The notes below the pieces were generated by a model. It was not told the DNA's origin. It did no database searches and saw only the letters and a program-made list of their open reading frames with translations. A program made the position numbers and the translations under genes. A DNA stretch of 63,994 nucleotides, counting the filler, from Octopus bimaculoides (lineage: Eukaryota), in NCBI RefSeq assembly GCF_001194135.2. It is 5 parts of 5 records of this genome, joined end to end, with 100 filler letters (N's around TTAATTAATTAA, not from the genome) between each part and the next. Parts side by side here need not be neighbours in the genome. Positions count along the whole stretch, not along the records: positions 29,669 to 51,214 come from NC_068992.1; positions 51,315 to 56,228 come from NC_068989.1; 3 more parts are not named here. One strand, written 5' to 3'. Position 1 is the first letter of the stretch. Every line of letters starts with the position of its first letter. Below are positions 39,869 through 53,363 of this stretch, piece after piece.

Positions 39869-41477
39869 ATTAAAACTGGATATTGTGTTAGAACAGAGAA
39901 TACTACATTATTTACCACAAGAGGACCTAGCTGGATGTCTGTCATTGATAAACCCAAGGAAGGGTGAAAATATGTGATCTGGCAGTTCTCGTGACCATAG
40001 TGGCCAGTTCTTGTCCATCAGTAATGGAGACATGAGTGGCTTTATGCACCACAAGTCCATATGAGAAGTCCTTTCAAAGTGAATAATACAGTGTTCTGTG
40101 TTTCAACCCTTAAGTATTTAAACTGGCCACATCTGGCCAAAACATTCTACCTGTTTTATGTTCAAAACTGGCCAGATCCAGCATCTCACACCTACCCTAC
40201 AATATCATTTTAAAGATTAACAGTTACGTCATTAAGATTTCAAAGCTGTCAGATAATGCCAGATTAATTCGTAACAATGTGAATAAATAAGCATCATATT
40301 TGACAGAGTAATGTGAACGTTAAAGGATTAACACAACTTCCATAAAAATGTTGTTAATTTGTTCCTAACACCATCTTCATATTGTTAAAGTATTTTACTA
40401 AATTTTTCATTAAATTACAAATTAATTTAAACAAGGGCAGTATATAGCAACAGAAATCGTCATCATCATCACCATCATCATCATTTAATGTCCGTTGTCC
40501 ATGCTGGCATGGGTTGGACAGTTTGACCAGGACTTGTAAGCCGGAAGGCTGCACCAGACTCCAGTTTGATTTTGCAGGGTTTCTATGGCTGGATGCCCTT
40601 CCTAATGCCAAACACTCTGAGAGTGTAATGGGTGCTTTTATGTGCCACTGGCATGGGTGCCAGTTTGCATGACACCGGTATCTGCCATGACTGTGATTTT
40701 GCTTGGCTGTGATGGGTCTTCTTCTTAAGTACAACATAATGCCAGAGGTCTCAGTCATTGCCTCCGTGAGACCAAACACTTGAGAGGTGCTCAGCCACTT
40801 TGCCTGCATGAGGCCCAATGCTTGATAGCTGGTTTTTACATGCCACCACCACAGGTGCCAGTTACTCGACACCAACATTAGCCACGACTATGATTTCACT
40901 TGGCTGGAAATGTGGTAACAAAAGGGTTAATAGCTAAAGGAATGAACACCTGTCTGTAATACATAACCATCAACTATAGTAGGTTTGGCAAAGTGTTGAC
41001 CGAAAGGTCAGTGCTTTATTTAATAACCTTTCTGTAGCTTTTGTTTCGCTGTTTTGGGTCATTGACATTTATTTCCTGTGCTGTTGAACTGCAGTTTTTT
41101 TTTTATTGTTAATTGTTTCTTAATATGACAATTGAGCCACTCGTCTTTGTTAATAATGGTAAAAAAGGAAGTGACAGTGTAAAAAAAAAAAAGATAAGTT
41201 TTGATTAAATTGTGGATCATTCAGACTTAATTGTTCTTCTATTCTTTTCATTCATTAGACTGTGGCCATGCTGGAGTTCCATATTGATCAAACTGATCCT
41301 AGTCCTTGTTGATTTTTTTTTTTTTGCTTTTCAAGTCTGATACTTATTCTGCCAGTCTTTTTTTGCTGAACTACTAAGTTACAGGGATGTAAACACACCA
41401 ACATTTGTCAAGTGAGCATTAGAGGGACAAAGACATGCACACACACACACAGGAACACACATGGGCACACATGTGGG

Positions 41478-41510
<33 letters not shown>

Positions 41511-41645
41511 GGGTACAGGCATGGCTGTGTGGTTAAGTAGTCTGCCTCTCAGTCACATGGTTTTAGGTTCAATCTCACTGCAGGATACTTTGAACAGCTG
41601 CCTTTGTGAGTAGATTTTGTAGATGGAAATGAAAAGAAGCTTGTT

Positions 41646-41707
<62 letters not shown>

Positions 41708-43169
41708 ACATTTGTGTATTTCTGAAGATTGCTGAGCTACAAGCAGCGATATTATAATTTCTCCTGCCAACATATCCTGCCCTACTTTAGCACCTTTAAA
41801 AGCATATGCAGATTCTTTGAAGAGCACCTTACCATTAGCAACAAGAAGGGTATTTGGTTCTAAAACAATGCTTCTATAAAACATCCATCTAACTCATACT
41901 GGCATGGAAAAACAGATGTAAAAATTTAGAAATTGTGCAAAGACAGTGACACAGTTTCTTTGTAATGATTTAACTTTGTTCAGTGTTCTAACTAAAATAC
42001 CCACAATCAAATTTTTGTCACTTTCAAGGAAGCCATATTTAAAAATTCTTCAGTTTACTGGTTGCCGTGCCATAGAAAAAGGGTTACCATTTGTAGAACG
42101 CTGACTGAATATTGAAGTTCACTCCAAATCAAGGTACCAAGAATCTCATATCTCTTGATCTGGTGTTCTACATTTGTGGGTTCCTTTTTAAGTATTTAAT
42201 CAGCTGCCATTTTTTCATTGGTCAATTTGAGTTATCTGACCTTGGTTATTCAATAACAGAATCGGTGTGATGTGTATTATAAAGTAGCTAAATGTATTAA
42301 GCATAAATGGATTAAACCTGAATTATTTTATGGCATAAGAGCTGCCATTAACCTTTCATTCTTTAATTGTAGTTGAATTAGTTGAAAGCAATAAAATTAA
42401 GCCTGGAGACTGATAAGGAATAGCTCTTTGACAGTTCTAACCAAAATTTGGCAACATGGTTTAAATGAAACAAAAAGAAAACAAGAAACTCACAGACCCT
42501 TAATGTAGTGATTATGATGGTGATGATAGTGTTAATCATCATAATGTTGATGGTGTATGATGGTGTAAGCATGGCATAAGAATCTGTTGCTTACCTTCCC
42601 TCCCACCCCAAGCCCCCCACGTACCCACACACTCCTGGTTCCAATGTCTCCATTCACCTTGCACCTTGAAGGGGCCACCTGGAAACCATCACCAATATTT
42701 TATCTCTCTTTAGCTCCATCTGATGATTCTCACTTTCTCTTTTATAATGTGAATTACCATGTTGTTCCCCTTTGGCAAGTAACCTGTTCTCACCCTTTTC
42801 CTCATACTTTAAACCCCCATCTCTTAGAATAAACTTTCCCTCACTCTTTGGTGTTGATAGTCATGCAAGATGCATAGTGACCTCACTAGTGATGGTGGGC
42901 ATGAAAAAGGCATCCATGTAGTATGTAAAGTGATTAGGATTAACCCTTTTGATACCAACCCGTCTGAAACCGCTTCTGGCTCTATAGGACAAGTCACAAT
43001 TTATGTTCCTAACACTAGCTTCATGATAACTAAGTTATTTTAGTAAATTCTTTGTCATATTTAAAATTAATTGAAAGAAACACAGAGCATCTCAGCAGAA
43101 TATCAGAAGACTGATCCTACACTCACTGATTGTAATACCACTTCCACAATAGCTGCACATGTCAATACT

Positions 43170-43420
43170 GTTCATGAAAATTAGGAAAAAGTGAGGTAGC
43201 AATGTGCAGCCCTGCTGAAGTCAGCCACTTTGAAAGTTTTCAAACCTTTTACTGCAACACAAATATCCAGGCATTTGTATTGGGACTTTGTGGCAACCAG
43301 AAGTAGCCTATTAATACCAATCTTCTGCAAAACCATCCACAGCATGGTTCTCCCTCTTCAAGGTCTATAAAGCAAATGTACACCTTTTGGTAATGTTCTC
43401 ACAATTTCTTGAAGACCTGC
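43170..43420 (-). mobile_element. Highly decayed LINE RT remnant (RTE-like)
   Basis: Frameshifted pieces VYICFIDLE, WMVLQKIGI, QQGCTLLPHFFLIFM. Confidence 0.6.
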
Positions 43421-45352
43421 CTGAGTGAATATTTAGTTGGTTGTGTTGTGTCCAGGACAGAAACCAAATTTTTCCTCAGCAAGCTTGAATTGAAGATGTT
43501 GAAATATCTTTATATATAAAAATATCTCCTCGTATTTCTTTATTTCTATCATTGGCAAAGCAGATATCAACAAACATGTTGACAAGTCATGAAATAAAAA
43601 CCAAAAGTCAGCAACTGCTTAGTGACACATACGTTAAATTTGCGAAATTTTTAGAAAAAGGGTGAGGTTCACAGAGACCACCTCAGTGGCTCACCAGGTT
43701 GTTTTTCTTTTTTAATGAAATTAACATAATTCTTATTATGCTATTCTGCTAATCACAGATGTCTAGATAATCAAGTACTGATGAGTTTTATGTTTTTTTG
43801 TTACTACTGTACTTTCACCATATTACTGTGAATAACTGTGATGCAGCTGACTGCATCATCTACCTTTTTACATTGACCTTGCTATTACATTACCGACCAA
43901 GTTACATCATAGAGAGGGAGGCACAGCTCACTGTTTAGAATGATGAAAGCCAAGTATAAATGATGACTGTATCATTAGTTTACAGTATTGAATTACTTCT
44001 TGAAATTAATGTTGCATAAATGGTTGTGCTACAGGTGAGCTCTGTCTTGAAACATTGAATTCCTCGTTTACCATTTTTACAATTTATTTTTAACTTCCAA
44101 CAGCTGCATTCATTTCGTATCACCTTCAGCATCGCTTATGGCTCTGAGATTAATGTGAACATGCATCATAGAACCGATTTCTCATCACCTGGAAACTCTA
44201 TATTCCACACCCTCTTAAACAAGGCAATGGGAAGATTACTGCCAAAGAGTAACTTCCAGTCAAAGAGATGCTATTACTTCATAGCAATGTGTCTACAGGA
44301 CCAGATAGGTGCAGGTGTGGCTGTGCAGTTAAGAAATTTGCTTTCTAATCACATCATTTCAGGTTCAGTCCCAAGGTGTGACACTTTGGGCAATTATTTT
44401 CTACTATAGCCCTGGGCTAACCGAAACCTTATGGATGAACTTGGCTAATGGAAACTGGAAGCAGCCCATTGTTTGTGTATGTGTTTACATTTGCATATTT
44501 TCCCAAAATATTTGGGCTTCAAGCAGCGCATTGTCATTTTCCCCTGTCAACAAATTGTTCACTGGCTTTTCACTTTTGAGGACATGTAGTATAAGAAATC
44601 TCTTGTTTAAATAACAGGTAAGGGTTAGCAACAGGAAGGGTATCCAACTATAAAAAGCAATACCCCAATAATGGTTCATCTAAGCCATGCCAATGTGGAG
44701 GAACAGGCATAAAATGAATGAAAATGGATGTTCTTTTAGCAGAGAAGTATCTTTTTTTTTTTGTCTTTCTTGATGTAGTGGGGTTTAAATCTTTTTGATT
44801 TCATGGCATATTGGAAAGTAAACACTGTATTGACAAATGGTTAAGAAGCTTTCTTTACATGAAGTGCTGAGTTTAATCCCACTGCATGGCATTTTCAACA
44901 AATATCATTTTCTGTAGCTTCAGTTTGACCTTTACCATGCAAGGGTAATTGGGAAGGTGGGAATTGTATTTCATTGATTGGATTGCATTTGAGAAACATA
45001 CATCCGTGTCACACACTGTGTTGCAATGATTCTGCCTGAGAATTACGTCAAGTGTATATGAGTGTCTGTGGAACACTCAGCCAGTTACATGTTCTCTCAG
45101 GAGTAGGTAAACAAGTGAATCATCATCGTTGAAAAATGGAGATCTACTTCCACACTTGGGGGCAAATAAATAACTTGTTGAACTTTTCAGGAACAATAAA
45201 ACAAAGTATATATAAGCACTTATAAAAACAAATCTGTTGATAACCTTGTTTTATTAATCATATTTGTGTATAACAATAAATTGTGATTACAGAGATGTAC
45301 TTGCATAGCAAGTGACCTGATCTGAGATCGTGTGTTGGAATGAAAACAATTG

Positions 45353-45647
45353 CAGTGTGGAAGGTGTTTATAAGCCATTAAGAAAAACACAGAGACTATT
45401 AGATTCACTTCAATATTTAAATTTAATTTGCCAAAATATTTTCGTCGCTTTGAGACCGTGATCTGTTAACTGACAAAATTCCGTGCAACCTGTTTACTGA
45501 CAAAATTCTGTGCAGCATGGAATTTTGTCAGTGAACAGGTCGCGGTCTCAAAGCGACAAAAATATTTTGACAAATTAAATTTAAATGTTGCAGTGAATCT
45601 AACAGTTTTTGTGTGTTTTAAATGGCTTATAAACACCTTCCACGCTG
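45353..45647. mobile_element. ~295-bp palindromic foldback/MITE-like element
   Basis: Arms CAGTGTGGAAGGTGTTTATAAGCCATT... / ...AATGGCTTATAAACACCTTCCACGCTG pair over ~135 bp, with almost no spacer apart from a duplicated ~26-bp sub-unit at the centre. Confidence 0.85.
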
Positions 45648-46899
45648 TGATAAATTGTGAACATGCTTTTAAAGAAGATCACTTATTAATATGGATTTGT
45701 AAAATCCAGGATTAAGATTTAAAATATTTTTGACACACCTGGATATACCTCGTAGGTAAGTGTAAGTTACAGGTCGAAGGTGTGACAAAAAAATAAAAAA
45801 ATCTTTTATTTACTATCTTTATCTCCTTGAATTCAAGTTTGCTTTTTATCCCCCTGCGGTTAGTGAAATACAAAGAGCCAGTCTAGTTGTGTTGTGAACA
45901 ATATTAATTGACCCTCCCCCTCAAAACTGCTGGCCTTGTGCCTTTATCTCATTGAAGTCAACTTTGCTTTTCATTTCTTTGGGGTTGATAGAATAAAATA
46001 CCAAAGTTTAGGACTGGATCAATGGTATCAACTGACATCCCCTTCCGCTCAAAAATTGCTGACCTGGCCTTTATGTTTTAATCCCAATGTGGTCAATTTT
46101 GTCTTACATCCCTCTGGAGTTGATAAAATAAAATACCAATCAAATATTGGAAGTGGGTGGAGTGTCAGTGGCATTAACGTCACTCCTCTCAAACTGCTGG
46201 CCTTGTGCTTAAATAAGAAACCATTATTTAGATTTGCAACAGGCTGTGGGTTGTCAGAGTGTGTCCGATTTTACCTGGCAGAGAAGAGTCAATATTTACT
46301 AAGTGCTGTGACTAAGAGGTGACATAGGATAGGCACAATTCAATGCTTGAACAGGCAAAGCAATGATTGTCAAACATCCAAATACAGACTGAGTGACTCA
46401 CTACAATAGCTAGCATGTCAACATTATGTAGTCTTTCTTTTCTGGATTAACATCATCATCATCATCATTGTCGTTTAGCGTCTGCTTTCCATGCTGGCAT
46501 GGGTTGGATGGTTTGACTGAAGGCTGGCAAGCCAGGAGGCTGCAACAGGCTCCAAAATAAAATTTAGAAATGTTTTGTTAGGTTTGTGTTGTTTAGTTTG
46601 AGTTGTTCTATGGACCTGAGATAAGTAATAAAAATCACTCAGTATGCTCTGAAGTGGTTGGCATTAGGAAGGACATCCGGCTGTAGAAACAAGAGCAAAG
46701 TATACAGTGGAACCAGGTGCAGTTTCTGGCGTTGCCAGCTTATGTCAGACTGTCCGACCCATACCAGCATGGAAAAACAGATATTAAATGATTAGGATGA
46801 ATATTCTGAGGAAAATATCCTAAAATTTACAGAATCAACATCAGTTAAGGTTTCATTTGATAAAATTTGGGAAACCAACAGTAAAAACAACAACAAAAG

Positions 46900-47345
46900 C
46901 ATTCACCACCACCGCCACCGCCGCCTTTGTTCCCCATATCTTCATTACCATCATTTGCTTAATTCTTTTACTTTCTTTCCTCCCATGTTGTCAAGAATTG
47001 GATGGATTTTGCAGAACAACATCTCACCATCTCTTCATCTTTTACTTGCTACACTTAAAAGGATTCCTCTCCCAATCCTTAAATCTAATCTCTAGGTCTA
47101 TAGGTAAGATATTCTCCACTTCACAAGCAAACTTAACAACAACCAGATCTGTAAAGCAGACCAGAACGGCCGATAACATTCCCAGTAATGAGCTGATGTG
47201 TTCTCCAGTTTAAGACAAGGAACGAGGAAGTTGGTAAACAGGTTTTGTTTCAACTTCACACTCACCATCCGCTACTTTGAATCCGTTCCTCTACACTTCC
47301 TCTTCTCCACATTTCCTCAATTAACATTTTCCCTCCACCGTTCTC
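46900..47345. promoter_or_regulatory. Candidate promoter/first-exon patch
   Basis: Unique sequence retaining CpGs within a CpG-poor segment. Minus-strand ATG|GTGAGT at 47268-47260; plus-strand TAG|GTAAGA at ~47103. Confidence 0.3.
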
Positions 47346-48807
47346 TCTCTCTCTCTCTCTCCGTCTTTCACTGATACATTCTCTGATCTACGCAAATAAC
47401 TTTCTCAGATGTTTTTTTTTTATATTTAGTTTATATCTATTGATAGTTATTGATCTAATGTTGATTGGCGTGTGTGTTTAATTGGTGTGTGTGTGTGTTT
47501 ATGTTTTTGTGAGTGAAACTATTAAGATGTTCATTATGCAGTTGGAAAATCATGGCTAAAGTCTGAGTCATGACTAGAGTTTGATATTTATATTTCATTA
47601 CATTGTTATGTTATTTAATTATACATGTGTATAGATTATATAGATATGTGTGTATTTGTAAATAATTTGTGTGTGCATATGTGCATGTTATATTTAGTAC
47701 AAGAGATTGTGTGTATGTATGTATGTGTGTGTGCATTTTTATACATACTTACATGCAGATATGTATGTGTCTGTTTATATATATATATATATATGTATAA
47801 TTATATACACACAACGTACAAAAGATCTAGTAATAGTTTCATGCTTTAAAGATACAATAAATTAGTAGCTCTTGTAAATTGTGTATATAAGTGATATTTA
47901 TCTCACTGAATCCTACCAATGATGAAACTGTAATACAGAGGGAGAGACAGAGACAGAGAGAGAGAGAGGAGTGTGTATAATGTATTCACCTAGATGGCTC
48001 ATTGAGATGAGGCTCTCACAACTCATCTAAGCAAGCAGACCTGTTTGACCCATGCCAGCCAGCATGGACAGTGGATGCAAATAATGACGATGATCTATGC
48101 ACACACATGTAAAAACATAGATATGTGTTTCTACACGTATACATACATGCCTGTATGTCTGTCTACACACACACACACACACACACATTCAGTTAAACAC
48201 TCTTCCTTACCCAATCTCTGTCTATGTATATAAGGTTGTGTATACATTAAAGTGTTAACACTTACGTAAATAATCTGCCAACATCCAAGAATCAAGAAGT
48301 GAGCTAAAAGTTAAATATACCAATGCTGCCATTAACAGATGAACATCCGTAGTCCATCTATGCCCACCCTCCCCTACACATAGCTGTCTGTCAGTTAAGT
48401 ATAAATCTCCTCTCAACTCATCAATCATTACAGTGGAATACCTTTTATAAGAATTATGAATGGGATGTAAACAAACACACAGACATTGAGAGAAGCACTT
48501 AAGGTGGGACTTTCTTGTAAAGTAGTACATGAATGTAAAGTAATACATGAATGGGACTTTCTTGTATTACTTTGCTCTTGTCTTTCAGGATTTCAAATTT
48601 CTTTAACGGTGTCATGTTTCTTTGGAAGAAATTCAGCTGTTATCCTTTTATTTTATTTTATTTTTCACTTTTTTTTTTCTTTTTACCTGTTCCAGTCATT
48701 GCCTGTGGCCATGCTGGCAGAACACCATTAAAGAAAAAACATGAAATTCTCTCCTTGGCAGGGAATCAAACCTTAGTCTTCCAGTCAGGGATTCTTACCA
48801 CTATGTT

Positions 48808-49137
48808 ATTACCTCTGCCTTAGCGGGGGTATTGTTTTCAGTTGTGTTTGTTTGTCTGTCTGTGGACATGATATCTCAAGAACTGCTGGATGGATTCAGA
48901 TGAAACTTTCAGGGATGTTTGGCCTCGTGACTGGCACAAACTGATTAGATTATGGGATCGATCTGGTACTGGACAAAGATTCTGGATTATTTTTCCTGTT
49001 TTTTTTTTTTTTCACTTAATTTTTGAGAGCAGTCGGGTTCATTTTTAGTATTCTCGTTTGTGAGAGCAGTCAAGTTTATTTCAGTGAGAAGACGGTGTTG
49101 ACTTGGCGGTGATTTGCGCTCTCTGAGTGCTCTTGTT
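48808..49137 (+). mobile_element. Non-autonomous Helentron/HINE-like element
   Basis: 5' TTACCTCTGCC...GTTTGTTTGTCTGTCTGT; 3' GGCGGTGATTTGCGCTCTCTGAGTGCTCTTGTT. Resembles the ACCTCCGCC/GGCGGAGGT sub-terminal-repeat elements. Confidence 0.55.
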
Positions 49138-50347
49138 ATTATTGAAATGCTTAGCAGGATTTTGCCTATTCTGAGTTTAAATTTCACTGAGGTCAACTTT
49201 GCCTTTCATCCTTTCAGGATCGATAAAATATATACCAGTTGTGTACTGAGGTTGATGTAATCAACTACACCCCTTCCCCCAAATTTCAGGCCTTGTGCTT
49301 ATATTAGAAAGGATTTGGCAGACTTGTGAGCATCTCAGGCAAAATGTTTGGTGGCATTTTGTCTGTCTTCATGTTCAAATTCCACCGAGGTTGACTTTGC
49401 CTTTCATCCTTTCAAGGTCGATAAAATAAAAGACCAGTTAATAAACACTGTGGTTGATGCAATCAACTTAACCCTTCTCCTGAAATTGCTGGCCTTGTGC
49501 TAAACTTTGAAATCATCATAATTATTATTAAGGCAGTAAGCTGGCAGAATTGTTAGCATGCAGGGCAAAATGCTTAGCAGCATTTTGTCTGTCATGAAGA
49601 TATTCTGAGTTCAAATTCTGCCGAGGTTGACTTTGCTTTTCATCCTGTCAGGATTGATAAATTAAGTACCAGTGAAAGACTGGGGTTGATGTAATGAACT
49701 ATACCTCTCCCCAAAATTTCAGGCCTTGTGTTGTTAGTAGAAAGGATTATTATTATTGTTATTGAGTGAGAGCAGTGCATTCCATCAAAGTGACACTGGG
49801 GTAAAATATACGAAGCTCAGTATACTCATCATAACTACCTGTCTGATAAGGATAAAACCAGGCACATACATCACAACCATATGTGCATGACATAGTGATC
49901 TCATATCAAGATAAACAGTGCATGACCCTGCAGGTGGGTCCCTAGTTAGAATTTTCTTCCAGTCAAGTAGCCCATCCCACTCAAAAGTTCCCTGGATAAG
50001 GGTTGTTTAAGGATATTGAACGAGACACCCATGTTTACAAAGGTGAATTATCCAAACCCCAAAGAATTTCTTTCAGCACATGGCTATGATGCTCCCATCA
50101 GAGATGCACATATATTATTATGTTTTTTTTTCTTCAAATTTTCTTCCATTTCTCGCTGAGTGTTTTCCGTACACCTAGAGCAGAGAAGCTCATTGTATGC
50201 ATTCCCAGTTTATACATGCAAATTCACAGGTAAAATATGTATTTAAAAAAATTAATAATGAAATAAATTCATGAATGGATGTTATTTTCACAGCGATAAT
50301 GCTCTTCTCAGTACATGAGTCGTTCCAGTTAACACTATTTTTTGCAC

Positions 50348-50385
<38 letters not shown>

Positions 50386-51398
50386 CCACCACCATCATCA
50401 TCATTATGGTGGCAAACTGGCAGAATTGTTAGCATGCCCGGCAAGACGCTTAGTGGCATTTTGTCTGCCTTTACATTCTGAGTTCAAATTCCGCCAAGGT
50501 CAACTTTGCCTTTCATCCTCTCAGAGCCAATAGATTAAGTACCAGTCAAGTACTGGGGTTGATGTGATTGACTTTCCCATCCCCCCAAATTTCAGGCCCT
50601 GTGCCTATAGCAGAAAGGATTATTATTGTTGTTGTTGTTATTAACAACACAAACATGCTTAATGGCATTTGGTCTGTCTTAAATGTTCTGAGTTCAAATT
50701 CTGCCCAGGTTGTCTTTACCTTTCTTCCTCTTGGGGTTGATTAAAAATAAATACCAGTTGTGCACTGGGTCAATATAATCAACTTACTCCCACCCTTACA
50801 ATTGTTGGCTTGGTTCTAAAATTTGAAATCATTATTCATCATCATCGTCGTTCAACATCCAGCTTCCATGCTAGCATGGGTGGGACAGTTTCACAAGAGC
50901 CAGCCAGGCAGAAGCCTGCACCAGACTTCTGTGAATGTTTTGGCAGGATTTTTACAGCTGGATACCCTTCCTAACACCAACCACTCAGCAGAGTGGACTT
51001 CATTATTATTATTGTTCAGTAGTTTTATTTTTATAACGTGCTTTCACTTCACTACCGAGTGCAGTTCTGTGTGCCTTGGGTATGTGCTGTGGTTTGTTGT
51101 GATGCTCTTATGGTTACTGTATTGAAAGTGTTTTGCGTAGGATGTGTGCAGTGCCCAGTAGTGCAATTTTCTGTATGTTATATATATTTGTAAGTCCTGG
51201 TGTTTTTGTTATGTNNNNNNNNNNNNNNNNNNNNNNNNNNNNNNNNNNNNNNNNNNNNTTAATTAATTAANNNNNNNNNNNNNNNNNNNNNNNNNNNNNN
51301 NNNNNNNNNNNNNNTCATTACTCTTCCTCTCTTCGCAACATTACTCTTTATATCTGTCCCTTAATTCTTCTCCTTTCTCTTTCCCTCCATTACTAATT

Positions 51399-51440
<42 letters not shown>

Positions 51441-52279
51441 TCATTCTTCGTCTTTTCCCCACAATTGATCTTTATATCTTTCCCTTCTCCTTTCCCTCTC
51501 TCTCTCACTCTCTTCATTTCTCTTCAACTCTTTTTCTCTCTCTCTTTCTTTCTCTTCATTGCTAAAAAAAAAAAGAACAAAGGATAAACATAGGCGCGGG
51601 TACGGCTGTGTGGTAAGAAGCTTGCTTCCCAACCACATGGCCCCGAGTTCAGTGTCCCACTGCGGCACTTTGGGGCAAGTTTCTTCTATAGCCTCGGGCT
51701 GATTAAAGCATTTGAGTGGATTTGGTAGACGGAGACTGAAAGAAGCCAGCCGTACGTACGTACATACATACATACATACATACATACATACGTACATACA
51801 TACATACATACCCTGCTGTTGATGTTGAAATTCCAATGAAAGAGCCTTGAGTCTAGTTTAGAAACCGGCTCTTTCTCCTTTGGCAAGAAATCTTGAAATA
51901 AAACTCTGTGTGTGTTTGTCCCCACCATAGTCTGACAATATTACGTCCCTGTAATATAGCGGTTCGGCCAAAGAGACCGATAGAATAAGTACCAGGTTAA
52001 AAAAATAGAAAAAACAAGTATTTGGGTTGATTCATTCGACTAAAATTTCTTCAATGCGGTGCCCCAGCATGGTCGCAGTCTAATGGCTGAAACAAGTCAA
52101 AGGTAAAAAGTAGACAGACCGACAGAGACAGAAATAAAGAGAGAGAGAGAGAGGATTACGAAGATGGAGAGAAAGAGACATAAGGAATGTATGTCGTCTA
52201 ATAGTTTAATGTGTCGTAATGTTTGCGTTTTACTAACAGCTCTGCTCTACATTGACGTATTTATTGTATTCATGTGTAT

Positions 52280-52359
<80 letters not shown>

Positions 52360-52789
52360 GACAGACAGACAGAGACAGACAAAGAGAGGAAGACACGCAC
52401 ACACACACAGACAAAGATAAGAGTGAGGGAGAGAGAGAGGTGGGGAGAATCTATGTATTTATTCAACGGAAGCCACTTTCTTTAAATCACATTAAATTAC
52501 TTGAAATTGAAACGTTGGCGTTGAACAATAGACCGATAACATTAAAGTTTAATAATTAAACAAGTATAAAAGTTTTGGACCAATTAATTTTCATTACATT
52601 TACGGTTTGATATAGCTACATTATCCAGCATTTTAATGTTCTTCAGTTTTATACTGAGAGATTACCGGCAAACATTATAATTAATCAGTATTCATACATA
52701 TACGAATACATACATACATGAATACATACATACATGAATATATACATACATGCATACATACATACATACACATGCATAAATATTTATTA

Positions 52790-52930
52790 TTCTTTTTAAC
52801 AAAAATTATGTTGATACTATTGGCCGTGATTTCGAAGTTTCGGCCTGCTTAGCCTTCTTCGGAGAGTCCAAGGAAGGTTAAGCAGGCTGGAACTTCGAAG
52901 TTACAGTCAATAAATTCTTGTTAAAGAACA
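52790..52930. repeat. Imperfect inverted repeat made of two head-to-head hammerhead-like motifs
   Basis: Minus arm CCGAAGA-A-GGC TAAGCAG GCC-GAAAC TTCGAA; plus arm CCAAGGA-A-GGT TAAGCAG GCT-GGAAC TTCGAA GTT. Confidence 0.65.
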
Positions 52931-53167
52931 AAGAATGTGCACTCTACAAAAGTTATTGAATAGTCCATCGGTTTAATGTAAAATTGATTTTTCTCATAGC
53001 GTGACATAAATTCAAACACACACACACATACATACACTTATACATATATATGCATACACACACACATATATCTATATATTGATGTATACATGTATGTGTG
53101 TATGTGTGAGTGTGTATGTGTATAGATACGTAGATAGATAAATAGACAGACAGCTAGCTAGAGAGAC

Positions 53168-53217
<50 letters not shown>

Positions 53218-53261
53218 ATTATGGCTCTGGTAGACTAAAGCTAAATTGAAGCCCATCCTAT

Positions 53262-53363
<102 letters not shown>

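Noticed and set aside
41549-41884. Protein-looking ORF / apparent 41-nt exon (SIVLEPNTLLVAN)
   Set aside because: Overlaps decayed SINE-D sequence and runs into a microsatellite.
32300-48470. Possible micro-exons (~32310, ~35900, ~36090, ~42050, ~43990, ~48435)
   Set aside because: AG..GT-bounded open frames exist, but I cannot match them to a protein or assemble a consistent gene; expected by chance.
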